This document shows positions 14,282 to 28,354 of a stretch of 64,000 bases of DNA, in pieces. Under the pieces are notes generated by a model. It was not told the DNA's origin. It ran no database searches and saw only the letters and a program-made list of their open reading frames with translations. The position numbers and the translations under genes are program-made. Each line of letters begins with the position of its first letter. Within the stretch, counting starts at the first letter, position 1. Source of the DNA: Octopus vulgaris (taxonomy: Eukaryota); assembly GCA_951406725.2 (NCBI GenBank), contig OX597836.1:3844001-3908000 (forward strand), given 5' to 3'.

Positions 14282-14625
14282 CAAATCTACTCAACACACG
14301 ACAGCTATTATGCTCCCCCCACAAAAAAACCACCACGTGGACTCTGCTGAGACTAGTAAGAAACAATTATGAACTTTTTTATTACACTTAACTTTTAAAA
14401 TTATTTTTGAAGAGGTTCGTTTTTTCAAGAAGAACCGAAATATGTAAAATTTCTAAGAAAATTAAAATTTATCTTATATAGTGTCGTTTTCAAACTTCTT
14501 TTTTATAAATATATACCCACTCGTATACCACCTACACTTATATATATATATATATATATATACATACACACACACACATATATATATATATATTTATACA
14601 AATATATATATGCATGCAGATACAT

Positions 14626-14681
<56 letters not shown>

Positions 14682-14702
14682 GTATGTATATATATGTATA
14701 TA

Positions 14703-14867
14703 CGACGCGCTTCTTTCCGTTTTCCGTCTACCAAATCCACTCACATGGTTTTGGTCGGCCCGAAGCTATAGTAGAAGACACTTGCTCAAGATACCACGAA
14801 GTAGGACTGAACCCGGAACCGTGTGGCTGGGAAGCAAGTTTCTTACCGCACAGCCACACCCGCGCCT
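14703..14867 (-). mobile_element. SINE type A
   Basis: Reverse complement of GGCGCGGGTGTGGCTGTGCGGTAAG...GGATTTGGTAGACGGAAAA. Confidence 0.85.
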
Positions 14868-16330
14868 ATGTATATATTTATTTAATACAAATTTATGTAC
14901 CACACATGCGCATCTATATTTACATAAATGTGTAAATATTTTTGTCAATGACCATATCTGAAGTTGGAACTAAACTCACAAACCCATTCGTACACCTAAA
15001 CTCCTACATGTTCGTGTGTGCCACAAACATGGCAAAGCGAATACGAGATGTACGCATGTATGTTTGTATGGGTTTTGTGTTTATTCATATATATATGTAC
15101 GTATATGCTTATATATGTGTGTATATTTGCACTTCTATCAAAATGTAACTAAATCAAAATATATTTTTATGTTAGAAACCTTGCCTGATACATCGCAAAA
15201 TACGTTGGGCACAATAACTACACACACACACACACATACATACATACACACAAAGAAACACACACGTACACACACAAGCGCACCACACAATCACACACGC
15301 ATACACAAACAGAAACACTTACATACAAACACACACACACACACGTTCACTCAAAAAAGCATACACAAACACAAACATACACACGCAATCATACACACGC
15401 GCACACACAAACACACACGGTCACGAATACCAATATTTTCTGCTATAATTATTGCATGCAACAACCATAACCGAGTTGTTCGCTATCTCGTGCGGACTCG
15501 GTAAGCAACACAAAACCTAATATTCTAATATTTAGTTTTAATCCCACTCCAATGCTTATAATAACCGTTTTATATTCAATTCAATAACGTTGTATTTAAT
15601 TACCATTCTAAGCTGATAAAGTTTTGACATATTTGCGGGTGCACAATTTTTTCGTTTTTTTTCTGTTTTTTTTTTACCAGAAACAAATCGTTTGTCCGCC
15701 GATTATAAGTTTATGGAATATGTGTGCCTATTATATTCTCTGTATAACCTGACATATTTTCCTTAGGCTGTTTGTATTCCTTGTTTTTCTAAACTCGGAA
15801 TATGAAAATTAGAACATTCTTTGAATTCTCTGTTAATTCTCTTTATTATACTAAGGTTACATGAACGAACACACATACACACACATATACATACACATAC
15901 ACTCTCTTTCTCTCACACACATACACCCATATTTACACTATATATCGGAAAGGGAGCAAAACAGGAAATTGTTCATAAAGTCTTAGATCCTAACGAAAGG
16001 GAAATAGGACTCTAAATAGAAGTCTTCCTCATAGTTTCCATTTGAATATACAAGAATACGCAGGAAGTTGTTAATGGTAGATATTTGGTTGTGCGTAATA
16101 CACATTTCATCACAATATATTATTACATGCACATACACACATCTATATAGCTAATTATCCGTAAGTAGCAACCTACCTACCTACCTACCAACCTACCTAC
16201 CTACCTACCTACCTACCTACCTACCTACCTACCTACCTACCTACCTACCTACCTATCTACCTACATACATATATACCTACCTAACCTACCTACATACCTA
16301 CATACGTACATACATACATATCTATCTATC

Positions 16331-16366
<36 letters not shown>

Positions 16367-16404
16367 TCGCTCATATATAATATACACATATATAAATACA
16401 TATA

Positions 16405-16476
<72 letters not shown>

Positions 16477-17164
16477 TATTATATACCGATACATGCATAT
16501 ATGCAAACATATTTACATCGACATGTATCCATGTATATTCGTACATGTGTACACACACACAGACACACATACACACACACACATACACACCCATACACAT
16601 GCACCAACAAATATACAGACACACAAACATACGAAGAGTTATATGCCGAAACTCTGTCACACACATTGACACATAACGTGATACATGTTTAGTGATACAG
16701 GCACTCACACACACACACACACATACACACACACACACACAAGCACACACATGTGCACTCACTCACACACGCACACATAGAGGGAGAAAAAGTGGTGGAC
16801 AGGATTAATACAATAATGAGTTGAGTATGCGTGATGAGGTCACGTGATAAGAAATTAAAGCAAAAATACGAAAATAAAACAAAGAAAGAAAACACTAAGA
16901 AAATTAACAAAGCAAAAAGGAAAATGAAATAATTAATAACAAATATGCAAATATGATAAATTATGTAAGATGCTGGGATATTAAATTGGGAGTAATTAAA
17001 TTCTTAATTATATCACATATGAATATTTGATTGGATGCTAATTAAACTTTACTGAAAAACGAACAATTAAGCGAAAACGCAGTCATATGGTTAAAGTGTT
17101 TCCTTACAGACACGTGGCTAATGGACGCGTTACGTTGCGCAAGAATGCGTTATACGTTCGTACG

Positions 17165-17290
17165 CATGTATGTATGTATGCATGTATGTATGTATGTATG
17201 TATGTATGTATCTATATATATATATGTATGCATGTATGTATGTATGTATGTATGTATGTATGTATGTATGTATGTATGTATGTATGTATG

Positions 17291-17347
<57 letters not shown>

Positions 17348-17860
17348 GTAGGTAGGTAGATATACATGCATGTATGTATGTATGCATGCATGTATGTATG
17401 CATGCATGCGTGTATGTATGTATGTATGTACGTGTGTGTGTGTATGTATATATGTATGTATGTAGGTATACATGCATACATGTATTTACGTATGTATGTA
17501 AGTAGGTAGGTAGATATACATGCATGTATGTATGCATGTATGTATGTATATGTATGTATGTAGGTATACATGCATACATGTATTTACGTATGTATGCAAG
17601 TAGGTAGGTAGGTAGGTATACATGCATGTATGTATGTTTTAATGTATGTATGTATATATGTATGTAAGTAGGTAGGTAGGTATACATGCATGCATGCATG
17701 TATGTATGTATGTATGTATGCATGTATGTATGTATGTATGTATGTATGTATGTATGTATGTATGTATGTATGTATGTATGTATGTATGTATGTATGTATG
17801 TATGTATGTACGTATGTATGTAAGTAGGTAGGTAGATATACATGCATGTATCTATGTATG
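17165..17860. repeat. (TATG)n/(TAGG)n compound tetranucleotide repeat
   Basis: Direct repeat with higher-order units. Confidence 0.95.
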
Positions 17861-18589
17861 TTTGTACGTACAAAAATGGTGCCCAGGTGCCACAAAAATG
17901 GTGCCCAGGTGTGGATCTTAGACCAAGTTGTCTGGAAGCAAGCCGCTTACCACGCAACCACGCCTGCGCGTATGTCTATACAGGGCAAGATTCTTTCAAA
18001 CATGTTATCTTAGCAACACAGTCGTCTTCATGCTTAATCCATTTTAATAAAAGAATTTTCCTCCATTTCTCTTTTTTTTTTTTACGAGACGTTTAGTTTG
18101 GAACAATAATGTTTGCAAATCAATCAACGCGAAAATACGCTGCTTTCTCGCCGGTTGACGATGCGTTTGTTAAAAGAGATAAAACAGCGGATTTAATACC
18201 GAAAACAAAACACAACGACTACAAGATTAGTCGGAAGCACTACCACCCAATGTGGAATTCTATAAACTATCCAAGAAGATTAAACATGGGAGGTTAATTA
18301 ATAGCAAATATACAAGCCGAAAATCGATACACAGATATAGAGCAATTTTAAATACGCCGATTCCCATGTTCGTTTGTTGCTTAATACAAAACGCGACAAT
18401 GAAGCGCCGTTGTTAGAATTTCAGTCAGAAGATAAGACTTAGGAGTTCAAACTCAGGATAAAAAAGACCCATAAGAGAATAGGGAAATCAACAACAACAA
18501 ACAAAAAGACAAAAAATATCTCAAAAGAATTTTGAATGGAGTCATGGCTTTAATATAATATTTGGGAGAAACGTTGCTTCTTATATATT

Positions 18590-18700
18590 TATATTTCTTT
18601 ATTACCCACAAGGTGCTAAACATAGAGGGGACAAACAAGGACAGACAAAGGGATTAAATCGATTACATTGACCCCAGTGCATAACTGGTACTTAATTTAT
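18590..18700 (-). mobile_element. SINE type B, 3' module
   Basis: TATTTCTTTATTACCCACAAGG...GACCCCAGTGCATAACTGGTACTTAATTTAT. Confidence 0.8.
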
Positions 18701-20373
18701 GCTTCCTATATAAATACAGGCGCCTAAACACACGCACGCCTATCTGTGCATATACACGCATACATACATGCACACATATACGTAATGTCGTTGCTGTTGT
18801 TGTTGTTGGTCTTCGCCTTCTCTCCTCCTCCACCTTACCCCACCCCCCTCCTCCTCCTTCTGATCTTCACGATCAGCGAAAGCTACAGCAGCGTCGCCGG
18901 CAGGAACACCACGAGCACCAGAAACACCACCGCAACCAACACTAACACCAGCAACATCATCATCATCCTCATCACAAGCATCCTCATCACAAGCATCCTC
19001 ATCACAAGCATCCTCATCACCAACAGTAGCAGCAGCATCACCGTCACCTCCATTACCGTCGTCGTCGTCATCATGATGATAATCATCACCATCTTGTTGT
19101 TGTTGTTGTTGATGTTGTTACTGTTGTTTTTTGTTGTTGTTGTTGTTGTTATTTTTCTTCTCCTTCTTCTTCTTCTTCTTCTTCTTCTTCTTCTTCTTCT
19201 CCTTCTTCTTCTTCTTATTCCCCACCTTCTTCCTAATTTATCTGTTAAAAGTCCACCCCCCCTGATCAACAAACTTAACATAAGTTGACAAAAATAAATC
19301 TTTATAGATTAAAACATTCCGATCTTAACTTTAGTTTTTATTCTCTTTCTTCTTAAAAAAAAAAATAAATATATAAATAAAAATAAAAAAAGAAAAACAA
19401 AAAAAACCTACTTCAAAATGTCCGCTATTTAAAATGCGTAAAATAAAAACCCCAAAACAAATTTTCACGTCTTTATTTCTTTCCTTTATATATATTTTTA
19501 TTGTTCGTAAATTACAATTCGGTGTTCTTACAAAATTAATTAAATCTATTTCTGTGTAATTTATTTGTACTTTCAAATTTACTTAATTATCAGAAGCTAG
19601 AATAAAACCAGGAGGTTTATGACATGTTCGGTTCCAAATAACATTACACTTTCTACAGAGGGCGTCTTATGTCATTAAGAACAATGTTTAAAGCCTGACG
19701 GAGACGATATTCTTATTATCACACACGGGTTTCCTAGTTCGTCATTGTTGGCGACGTCTGCAGAATTAGATTTATTTTTACAATCCAATTCGAAGTAAAA
19801 CTTATTTTTAGTCTTCTACTGGAATAATTATAGAAGAGAACGTGCATGTGTTAGAACTGGTAAGTTAACGAACTCAATGCTGTGAGCGGTAAGAGATGTA
19901 ATTGGAAATACTTATCTGGTTAGTAAAAGTCAGACTTGGTTTAGTAACTTGTAATAATATATTTAACTGAGATTATGAAGACGATTGGAACAAAAGACCT
20001 GGCGGGGATTTGATCCGGTTCCATGGACTCTGAGTTCGGATCATTGATACGAACAGAGTGAATTTAAAGCGAGTTTTCTACACACACCTGTATATACCTA
20101 TCTCAACTGAATGAGCAGCGACAGTAGTAAAACAAAAATAATATATATATATATATATATATATTATGTGAAATAGAAAGATGAATAATCTTGTAGCAGA
20201 TTAATCAAAAGTTTAACCGATACCTTGGTAGCAAAAATCACAGCAGAAAACAGCACGGTTGGAGGTACAACCATATGGTGTTGCAACCGTGCGTTGGTGC
20301 GGATAATTGAAATTAAAATATTATTGGTGAATTGAAGAAATGGAGCTGAACGAAGATTGAACAGAAATCGTTT

Positions 20374-20466
20374 TATTTCATTCTACACGTGTTTCGAAAG
20401 GCACAATTTACCAAAATCCGATTGAATAATGAGACCATATTGTGTCTTTCTCTTCAGGAAGAAATA
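20374..20466 (-). ncRNA. Type I hammerhead ribozyme
   Basis: Reverse-complement copy of 21164-21256. Confidence 0.8.
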
Positions 20467-21163
20467 GGAAATCCGTTGGAAAAAACAAAAACAGAACAGA
20501 GGCGGAGCAAAACAAATCGAATTAGGCTCCTAAGAGCCCATGCCAAAACTGTTTATCAGTGTATGTTGAGAACCGGTGGCTGAAGATTGTAACGGGTCAG
20601 GCAGCGGTCAATCATGTGGGTGAAGGTGTGTAGATGTTCTTTGTGACCGAGAATAAAGTTCTGACTATTTAAGGAATATTGGATGTTTTATAAGGGGCGA
20701 GAAAAATGTACTTAGAGACATGTGTGTGTATGATGTTGTATATATGTGTGTGCTGGCGTAGGGGTAGAAAACATTTTTTGTGTCCGTGTGTGCGTTTGAT
20801 CGCTCGGCTGTCAGTGGTTAAGCCGCTCTCCACACTGGCTACTGCAGTAAGAACCGTTGGGTGGCAGAAAAAAATATATATTATGTTTTATGTGTGTGTG
20901 TGTTCGTCTGAGCCTGCCTTGTCAAGGTAACCCCCCTTATAAAACATCCAATATTCCTTAAATAGTCAGAACTTTATTCTCGGTCACAAAGAACATCTAC
21001 ACACCCTCACCCACATGATTGACCGCTGCCTGACCCGTTAAAATCTTCAGCCACCGGTTCTCAACATACACTGATAAACAGTTTTGGCATGGGCTCTTAG
21101 GAGTCTAGTTCGATTTGTTTTGCTCCGCCTCTGTTCTGTTTTTGTTTTTTCCAACGGATTTCC

Positions 21164-21256
21164 TATTTCTTCCTGAAGAGAAAGACACAATATGGTCTCA
21201 TTATTCAATCGGATTTTGGTAAATTGTGCCTTTCGAAACACGTGTAGAATGAAATA
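21164..21256 (+). ncRNA. Type I hammerhead ribozyme
   Basis: UAUUUCUUC-CUGAAGA-GAAAGACACAAU...AUUGUGCCUUUC-GAAA-CACGU-GUA-GAAUGAAAUA; canonical core, 11/12 bp stem II, palindromic ACACGUGU stem III; predicted cut after 21246. Confidence 0.82.
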
Positions 21257-21308
21257 AAACGATTTCTGTTCAATCTTCGTGCAGCTCCATTTCTTCAATT
21301 CACCAATA

Positions 21309-21360
<52 letters not shown>

Positions 21361-21699
21361 AAAGGAACGCTAATTGGCGTTTCGGACTTACAAAAATATA
21401 TTTAGTAACATGTGAAACACCGTGTTAAAATAATGCTTTTTAAAATATATTTTTCTTGCGTGTGTGTTCATTCAGTTCATGCCATGTTCAATGGAGACTC
21501 ACTGTTTAAAAGTACCCAAGACTTGTTCGTTGAAAAAAGAATAAAAGAATAAATAGGGAGCTGGAACTAAATAAAAAATATTACACAAATCAGAAACTCT
21601 ATTTGCATGCACGTATATGTATATATATATATATATATATAATAGAAATATTAAAATAACTAAGTCTCTCTAAAAGAGAACAGCGGCAGCGTTCCCGGA

Positions 21700-21840
21700 A
21701 AATAATAGTTATCGCCATACTAATATGGCATTCTTATAAAAATAAGAAAAAAGCTGTCCGCTTATTAGCTCATGGAGCTAATAAGCGGACAGCTTTTTTC
21801 TTATTTTTATAAGAATGCCATATTAGTATGGCGATAACTA

Positions 21841-21846
<6 letters not shown>
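21700..21846. repeat. Perfect inverted repeat, 72 bp arms, 3 nt loop
   Basis: ...GCTGTCCGCTTATTAGCTC-ATG-GAGCTAATAAGCGGACAGC...; right arm ends in (TA)n. Confidence 0.95.
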
Positions 21847-21888
<42 letters not shown>

Positions 21889-22418
21889 ATATGAATACTG
21901 AAGTACACACACACACACACACACACAGATTCAGGTATGCAGAATTCATTCCTTTCTGTCACATTTCTGACATTATACCGTTCGTTGATTAATTTTTACC
22001 GTACCTTTTCACATCAGTTGGATCTTGGCAGGTAAGAGACAGATGATCGTATGATAAGAACGAGGAAAATGATATTTGAATCACGTAATAGAAGACATAA
22101 AGGAAAACCTGTCACTTTTAGGGATTAGCGAAAATCCTAAAAAAACACACACACACACACTCACACGAAAATTAAAAAAGGAAAAAAAAAACAAAGAAAT
22201 ATATTTTCGTAAAGTATCTTACACCAATAATTCTGAAATAAATTAGAGTGTCTGTGATGCAAGGGGCCTCGTTTAGCAATCACGTGGTATCGACTTGAAT
22301 CCCTCTGCAATCCTGAGCCAACTGATATTTTCTGAGTGAATTTGGTAGACAGAACGTGTGGAAGCCAGCGTCTCTGTCTCTGTCTAATACGCACGCACAC
22401 ACACACAAACTATATGTA

Positions 22419-22621
22419 TATTTCTTTACTACCCACAAGGGGCTACACACAGAGTGGACAAACAAGGACAGACAAGGGGATTAAGTCGATTACATCGACC
22501 CCCAGTGCGTAACTGGTACTTAATTCCTCGACCCCGAAAGGATGAAAAGCAAAGTCGACCTCGGCGGAATTTGAACTCAGAACGTAACGACAGACGAAAT
22601 ACAGCTACGCATTTCGCCCGT
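22419..22621 (-). mobile_element. SINE type B
   Basis: TATTTCTTTACTACCCACAAGG...GTCGACCTCGGCGGAATTTGAACTCAGAACG...GCATTTCGCCCG. Confidence 0.88.
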
Positions 22622-23748
22622 GTGTATGTGTGCGTGCGTGAACATCACTTCCTATACTGAAATACGGAAGGAATGTTTTACTAAGTAACTTGATAACATT
22701 TGCGCTGAATACGGAGAATAATTACTTGAAACGTAACATAATCCTTTTCATAAACTCTTCATTAGTAATGATAGCAAAGCTAGCTATAGTTGTATGAAAA
22801 ATCTAGCAACTGCGAACTAGGATTAATAGCAGAAATTGCACATAAAATATTCTACATCCTCTAAAATCAATGTAATTATAATAACAACGTATCGTTTCCT
22901 CTTCACTGTATATGCCCCCCGCAAAACATTTTTGTAGTGTGTGAATGCGACAAACATACCTGGAGCAGAAGAGGTTAATTTTGTCTTTACTGGGAATACT
23001 TTTAAAACTAAGCGTTTACAGCTCATTTGAGACACATTGGTAAACGAATCACATCTTCTCTATCATTATAAGTTTGAGATTTTAAAGAGAGTTGGTGAAT
23101 CGTCAAATCCATTAGACCGTATATCAGTGGATCTCACAGATGTATGCTTTGCCTATCAGAAAAGTTCAAAAGTATTACTTCGAATAGTGATACATTAAAG
23201 AAAGCCTGCTCTGATCTTTAATTATCTCTATAAAAAGTGCCTGATAAGGCGATTTACACTGCATACCGGATTACATTTCCTGATGTCTATCAGATGCTTG
23301 TGTAGAATAATTTGCTTTGTATATAGTCTCCACGCTCATATTTATTTGTTTTTCTTTTTGTTTTTCTTTCTCGTTGTCTCGTTATATTTGTATCATTTCC
23401 TATCTTTATCGCTCTTTCCTTATGTTTGTATCGATGCATTCATAGCAGTGAACGATGCGGCCTTTATTGCTTTCCAAGCGTGCCGATGAATAAATATCGA
23501 CAGACAAACACTGCCCTTCAGTCATGCAAAGTCGCTACACACAATAATCCTTTTAGTGCTTTCCCTTTTTATCGTTTACACGTTTCATTCATTGCCCTGT
23601 GGCTATGCTGGAGCACTGCCTTGAATGTTTTCGACCGCAGTACTTGATTTTTTTAAAGGCCTATTACTTTCTCTATCGCTATTATTATCTATCTCTATTA
23701 TTATTATTCTTATTATTCTTATTATTATTCTTATTATTCTTATTATTA

Positions 23749-23816
<68 letters not shown>

Positions 23817-23819
<3 letters not shown>

Positions 23820-24061
23820 TGATGAAAACTCACACCCTATTTTGCTGGGTATGATGGAAAGTACCAGCTGTCCACATCCCGCAAGCTAAGGTGAGACTTG
23901 TTTACTGGTCATGATTCATGAAGAATGCAGAGAACTCTTGCAGTTCCAAGCAATTCTGATTTTGGTAGGTGTTCTACCTTTACACTTGCACCGATATTTA
24001 TCAGCCATGTTAGTAGTTGACTACTGATACTTCCAAGTGAACCAATTACTATTGGTATCAC
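23817..24061 (-). mobile_element. R4/Dong-like non-LTR retrotransposon 3' fragment
   Basis: Translates VIPIVIGSLGSISSQLLTWLINIGASVKVEHLPKSELLGTARVLCILHES*, the RLE C-terminal pattern; short 3' UTR runs into (TAA)n. Confidence 0.78.
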
Positions 24062-24760
24062 GTCTTCTCTCTTCATTGACCACAACATTCGTATTTCCCA
24101 CTTTCAAATCGTCGTCGTCATCGTCGTCGTCGTCGTCGTCGTTCTTCTTCTTCTTCTTCTTCTTCTTCTTCTTCTTCTTCTTCTTCTTCTTCTTCTTCTT
24201 CTTCTTCTTTTTCTTTATTCTTTTTGTCTGATTTTCTTTTGCTTTACTTCATGTGTCCTTATAGTCGCAAATAAACATTCTACAAACAACACACACCGTA
24301 TTGCCGAATATATATAAGTAAATAAATAAATAAATAAAAAATATAAATAAATAAATAACGAATGCTGGTAACTGACATGAAATAATGAAGTTCGAGACGT
24401 GCTTTGTTTGAGAACACAAAAAAACGTGATGGTCTCAGTTGGAAAGTCATTGATCATAAGTTTGCTATATCTGGTTAAACCCGAGACCAAAAACCAACAA
24501 CAATGACAATAACAATAGCAGTAACAGGAACAACAACAACAACAACAACATCAACAACACACACATACACACACACACATGTTTATATCCGTATGATCGA
24601 TTGAAGTCGTGTACTAACATAGTTGTGACTCTGGGAAACTTGCCAGATGTTTCTTCAATTCTCTTAGATCTTTTGAGATATGAATATGCAGATATTTATC
24701 TATGCATGAAAATGTAAAGACTATTATACATACAAATCTATACAAGGACTCACATATGTG

Positions 24761-24818
<58 letters not shown>

Positions 24819-24850
24819 ATATACTTTTTTTATTATATATACATGCAATC

Positions 24851-24941
<91 letters not shown>

Positions 24942-24999
24942 GTCTGTCTATGTACCTTCCTATAAATGTACCTACTTGTATATATATACATATATATAG

Positions 25000-25105
<106 letters not shown>

Positions 25106-25235
25106 ATAAGAATTGAATGAGCAAGTCATTTTACTAATAATAATAATGATGATGATGGTGATGTTGGTTTAATGATAATATTTATATAAAATGTTTATAT
25201 ATGTGCATATATATTCGTATATATAAATGTACATA

Positions 25236-25278
<43 letters not shown>

Positions 25279-25343
25279 CAAATATATAAAGAGATAGATA
25301 AAGAGAGAGAGAGAGAGAGTGAAAACTTGTATTTGTGCACCCA

Positions 25344-25378
<35 letters not shown>

Positions 25379-25717
25379 GCCGCATACACACACGCCGCGC
25401 ATATTCTGACTTCATTTTCTCGTGACTCGAGTTTCACGCCATTGCGACAATTGATCGCATAGAAGCAAAAAGTCACGCCCCGTTACTGTAAGCGAAGGCC
25501 ACTTTCAAACGGAAGTAGACATCCTTTTCTTTTGCGAAACATAAAAAGATTTTTGTTGCTTTGTTTTTTAATTATAATATGCAAAAGTCTTTTGCTATAC
25601 AGAAAAGTAGTTTCTATTGATGAGTTGGAATGAAATCATGGACAAGAAAAAAGGTCAATCAGTAAATGTACTAGCGTGAAAAACGAGTCGCAAGCGAGAA
25701 GAAAATTCTTTAATAAC

Positions 25718-26021
25718 GGCACTCCGTCGGTTGCGACGACGCGAGTTCCAGTTGACCCATCCGATCAACGGAACAGCCTGCACGTGAATTTAACGTACAT
25801 GTGGCTGAGCACTCCACAGACACGTGTACCCTTAATGTAGTTCGCGGGGAGATTCAGCGTGACACAGAATGTGACAAGGCTGGCCCTTTGAAATACAGGT
25901 ACTACACATTTTTGCCAGCTGAGTGAAATAAAGTGTCTTGCCCAAGGACACAACACGTCGCTGTGAATTGAACTGACGATCTTACGTTCGTGATCGGAAT
26001 GCCCTATCCTCTAAGCCACGC
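25718..26021 (-). mobile_element. SINE with type C head and type D tail
   Basis: GGCACTCCGTCGGTTGCGACGAC...GGCTGGCCCTTTGAAATACAGG...CTAAGCCACGC. Confidence 0.82.
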
Positions 26022-26095
26022 TGATACAAATGCACATATGTCGGTATTTACCCCACTCTCTTCATCATTATGTATGTTTGTGTGTGTGTTTGTGT

Positions 26096-26130
<35 letters not shown>

Positions 26131-26633
26131 CTGTGTGTGTGTTTATCTGCCATAGATATGACAAAAACAATGTAAATATTTTGAGTTCTTTTTTTATGTA
26201 AATACGTTTAAAAAAATGGATATATCCTTGTTTGAAGTCTATGGTATCCTCTGACGATAACCGTTTCTTTCAAATTGTAATGTTTTCCTTAATCAATTAA
26301 AGGAGTCACTTGAAACGGTCGTAATGAGTTGGTTAAATAGAGGGAAATAGTAGAGTTCAATATAAGGAGCTATTTTGGAAAAAGATGGAAATAAGACGCA
26401 TAAAGAGAAATAAGGGAATAAGAGTAAAAATAAAAATATATGTAGGATGTTATAGATGCAGTTCCATCATCCAAGGAAAGTGGCGAATAGAAGTGGTAGA
26501 AACACATCTTGAACGGGCCATGATACATACAAAGATTTAGTGACTTAAAAAGGATTTCGTGCGAAGCGGGTGTATGCTATAAAATAGAGCGTCTACCATT
26601 TTGCTTTTGTCTACTTAGGGGGAGTGTAAGCTA

Positions 26634-26965
26634 ATGAGAGCTCAAAATCTCTCGTGGAAGCGTCATCCAACCAAAGTACAAATATATGGGAAATTACCAC
26701 CTGTATCATCTCTTGTGAAATGTAGAAGAGTCCAGTTTGCTGGACATTGTTGTAGAGCTGAAAAAGAGGTAATTTCTACTCTTCTCCTCTGGAAGCCATC
26801 TGCACGCGATACCAGAGGGTGCACACTCTCTTACTCTGATGTAATCTCCAGGGATACAGGCATCCAGCCACAGGACCTCCGTAATGCTATGATGGACCGC
26901 GAGGTCTGGCGTAACATAGTACTTTCTATTGTCTCGACCACGGTCGAACAATGATGAGGATGAGG
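26634..26965 (+). mobile_element. RTE-clade LINE 3' fragment
   Basis: RAQNLSWKRHPTKVQIYG...RRVQFAGHCCR...LLLWKP...DREVWR, the RTE C-terminal pattern, followed by a (TGA)-type tail. Confidence 0.82.
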
Positions 26966-27141
26966 GTAATCTATATTTTTAGAAATTAGAGTTTGGCAAA
27001 ATGGCTCGTTATTGTTGTCTTAATCTGGGTTCTCCCGGGGCTCTAGTATGTTTGGTCTGGTATGCTTGGTCTGTTATGATTCTGATGGTTGGTATGTCGT
27101 TGTGAAATACGTTGCTTGAACCTCGTATTAGACGTCTCCGT

Positions 27142-27290
27142 AAGTTAGCTGTTTGGCAAAAGTGCTTGACAGAATAAATATCGGGCTCAAAAAAATTAAG
27201 TACTGGCCTCGATTCCTTCGAATAAAAATTCTTCAAGGCTGTGCACCAGCATGGCCAATGTTTAGCGTCTAGAACAAGTAATAAATAAAA
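27142..27290 (+). mobile_element. SINE type A tail
   Basis: TTAGCTGTTTGGCAAAA...GGCTGTGCACCAGCATGGCC. Confidence 0.65.
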
Positions 27291-27615
27291 GCTACATAAC
27301 TTATTCTCTTCAGCAATCTACAAGCTGAGGGGAGTTAACTCAAGGGATCGACCGTCAATGTCAGTATAAACCTAGTATAGCTAAAAATGTGTTGGTTGAA
27401 CAGTTTTGACTCCTGGGAAATAAAGATTATTTATTAGGAAATGGTGGTTGGGCAAGGTCAAACGAGAGGTTAGCAAAAGGTGGTAGATTAAGGAGAGATG
27501 TATGTGTGCGCTGTGTATAGTAGTGCGTGTGTCTGCATGTGTATATAGGTATATACCTGAATATATATATATATATATATATATGATATAATATAAAATA
27601 ATATAATATATATAC

Positions 27616-27680
<65 letters not shown>

Positions 27681-27702
27681 CATATATATGTATGTATATA
27701 TA

Positions 27703-27960
27703 TATTGGGTTGACAACTAAGTTCCCGCCGTCCTTTTAAATTTAAATTTCTTTAAAGGTTTAATAAAAAATAACAACTAATTAATCAATAATGTATTCAG
27801 CCTTGTTCTTTACAACTTTTTCCAACGTTCAACAAGATTTTCAATACCTCGTTGGTAGAAATCACCCGATTTCGACTCGAAAAATTGATCCAACCGAGCT
27901 CTCAATTCTGCATCAGTATTGAACGAAACTCCGCGCATAGCATTTGAAAGAGATAATTTT
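27703..27960 (-). mobile_element. Mariner 3' fragment with TIR
   Basis: TA|TTGGGTTGACAACTAAGTTCCCGCCG TIR; minus strand encodes SLSNAMRGVSFNTDAELRARLDQFFESKSGDFYQRGIENLVERW. Confidence 0.85.
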
Positions 27961-28354
27961 AACCCTTCGTTTTTGAGCACCACGTTTTTGCTTCTCGTTT
28001 CGTATTTTTCTTGCAACTCGCTTTAAATATATTATGGAGATGAATTTCTAAGAAAAATCCAGTGATATACAATTTGTATTATCTGTTATATGTTATGTAT
28101 AGAATTCCTAAACATTTACACAGTAATAATCCCTTCAATTTCAAACACAATATAACGAATACTGCTACTATACAAAAAACTTGTGAAACTGTCTATCTTC
28201 AGCGCAACTTATTTGATAATAGTCTTCATCCCCATCATCATATCGTCTGTAAAATTCTTATTTATTCTGATTTAAGGCCGGTAAAATGAGATCACAAACA
28301 ATATTCCTTTTATTTTATATTAAATAAAACTATACTGCCATGTATTGAAATTTG

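Larger units (their letters stand above)
20164..21316. mobile_element. Penelope-like pseudo-LTR pair in inverted orientation between (TA)n tracts
   Basis: 384 bp arms 20314-20697 and 20933-21316, about five mismatches by eye, each with a hammerhead; no coding capacity seen. Confidence 0.7.

Noticed and set aside
20389-20583. Duplicated 64 aa ORF, also at 21047-21298
   Set aside because: Consequence of the inverted repeat, antisense to the hammerhead, with no recognisable domain.
25421-25480. GAAACTCGAGTC (minus) resembling a palindromic stem III
   Set aside because: No CUGANGA-like core upstream; only a short inverted repeat.
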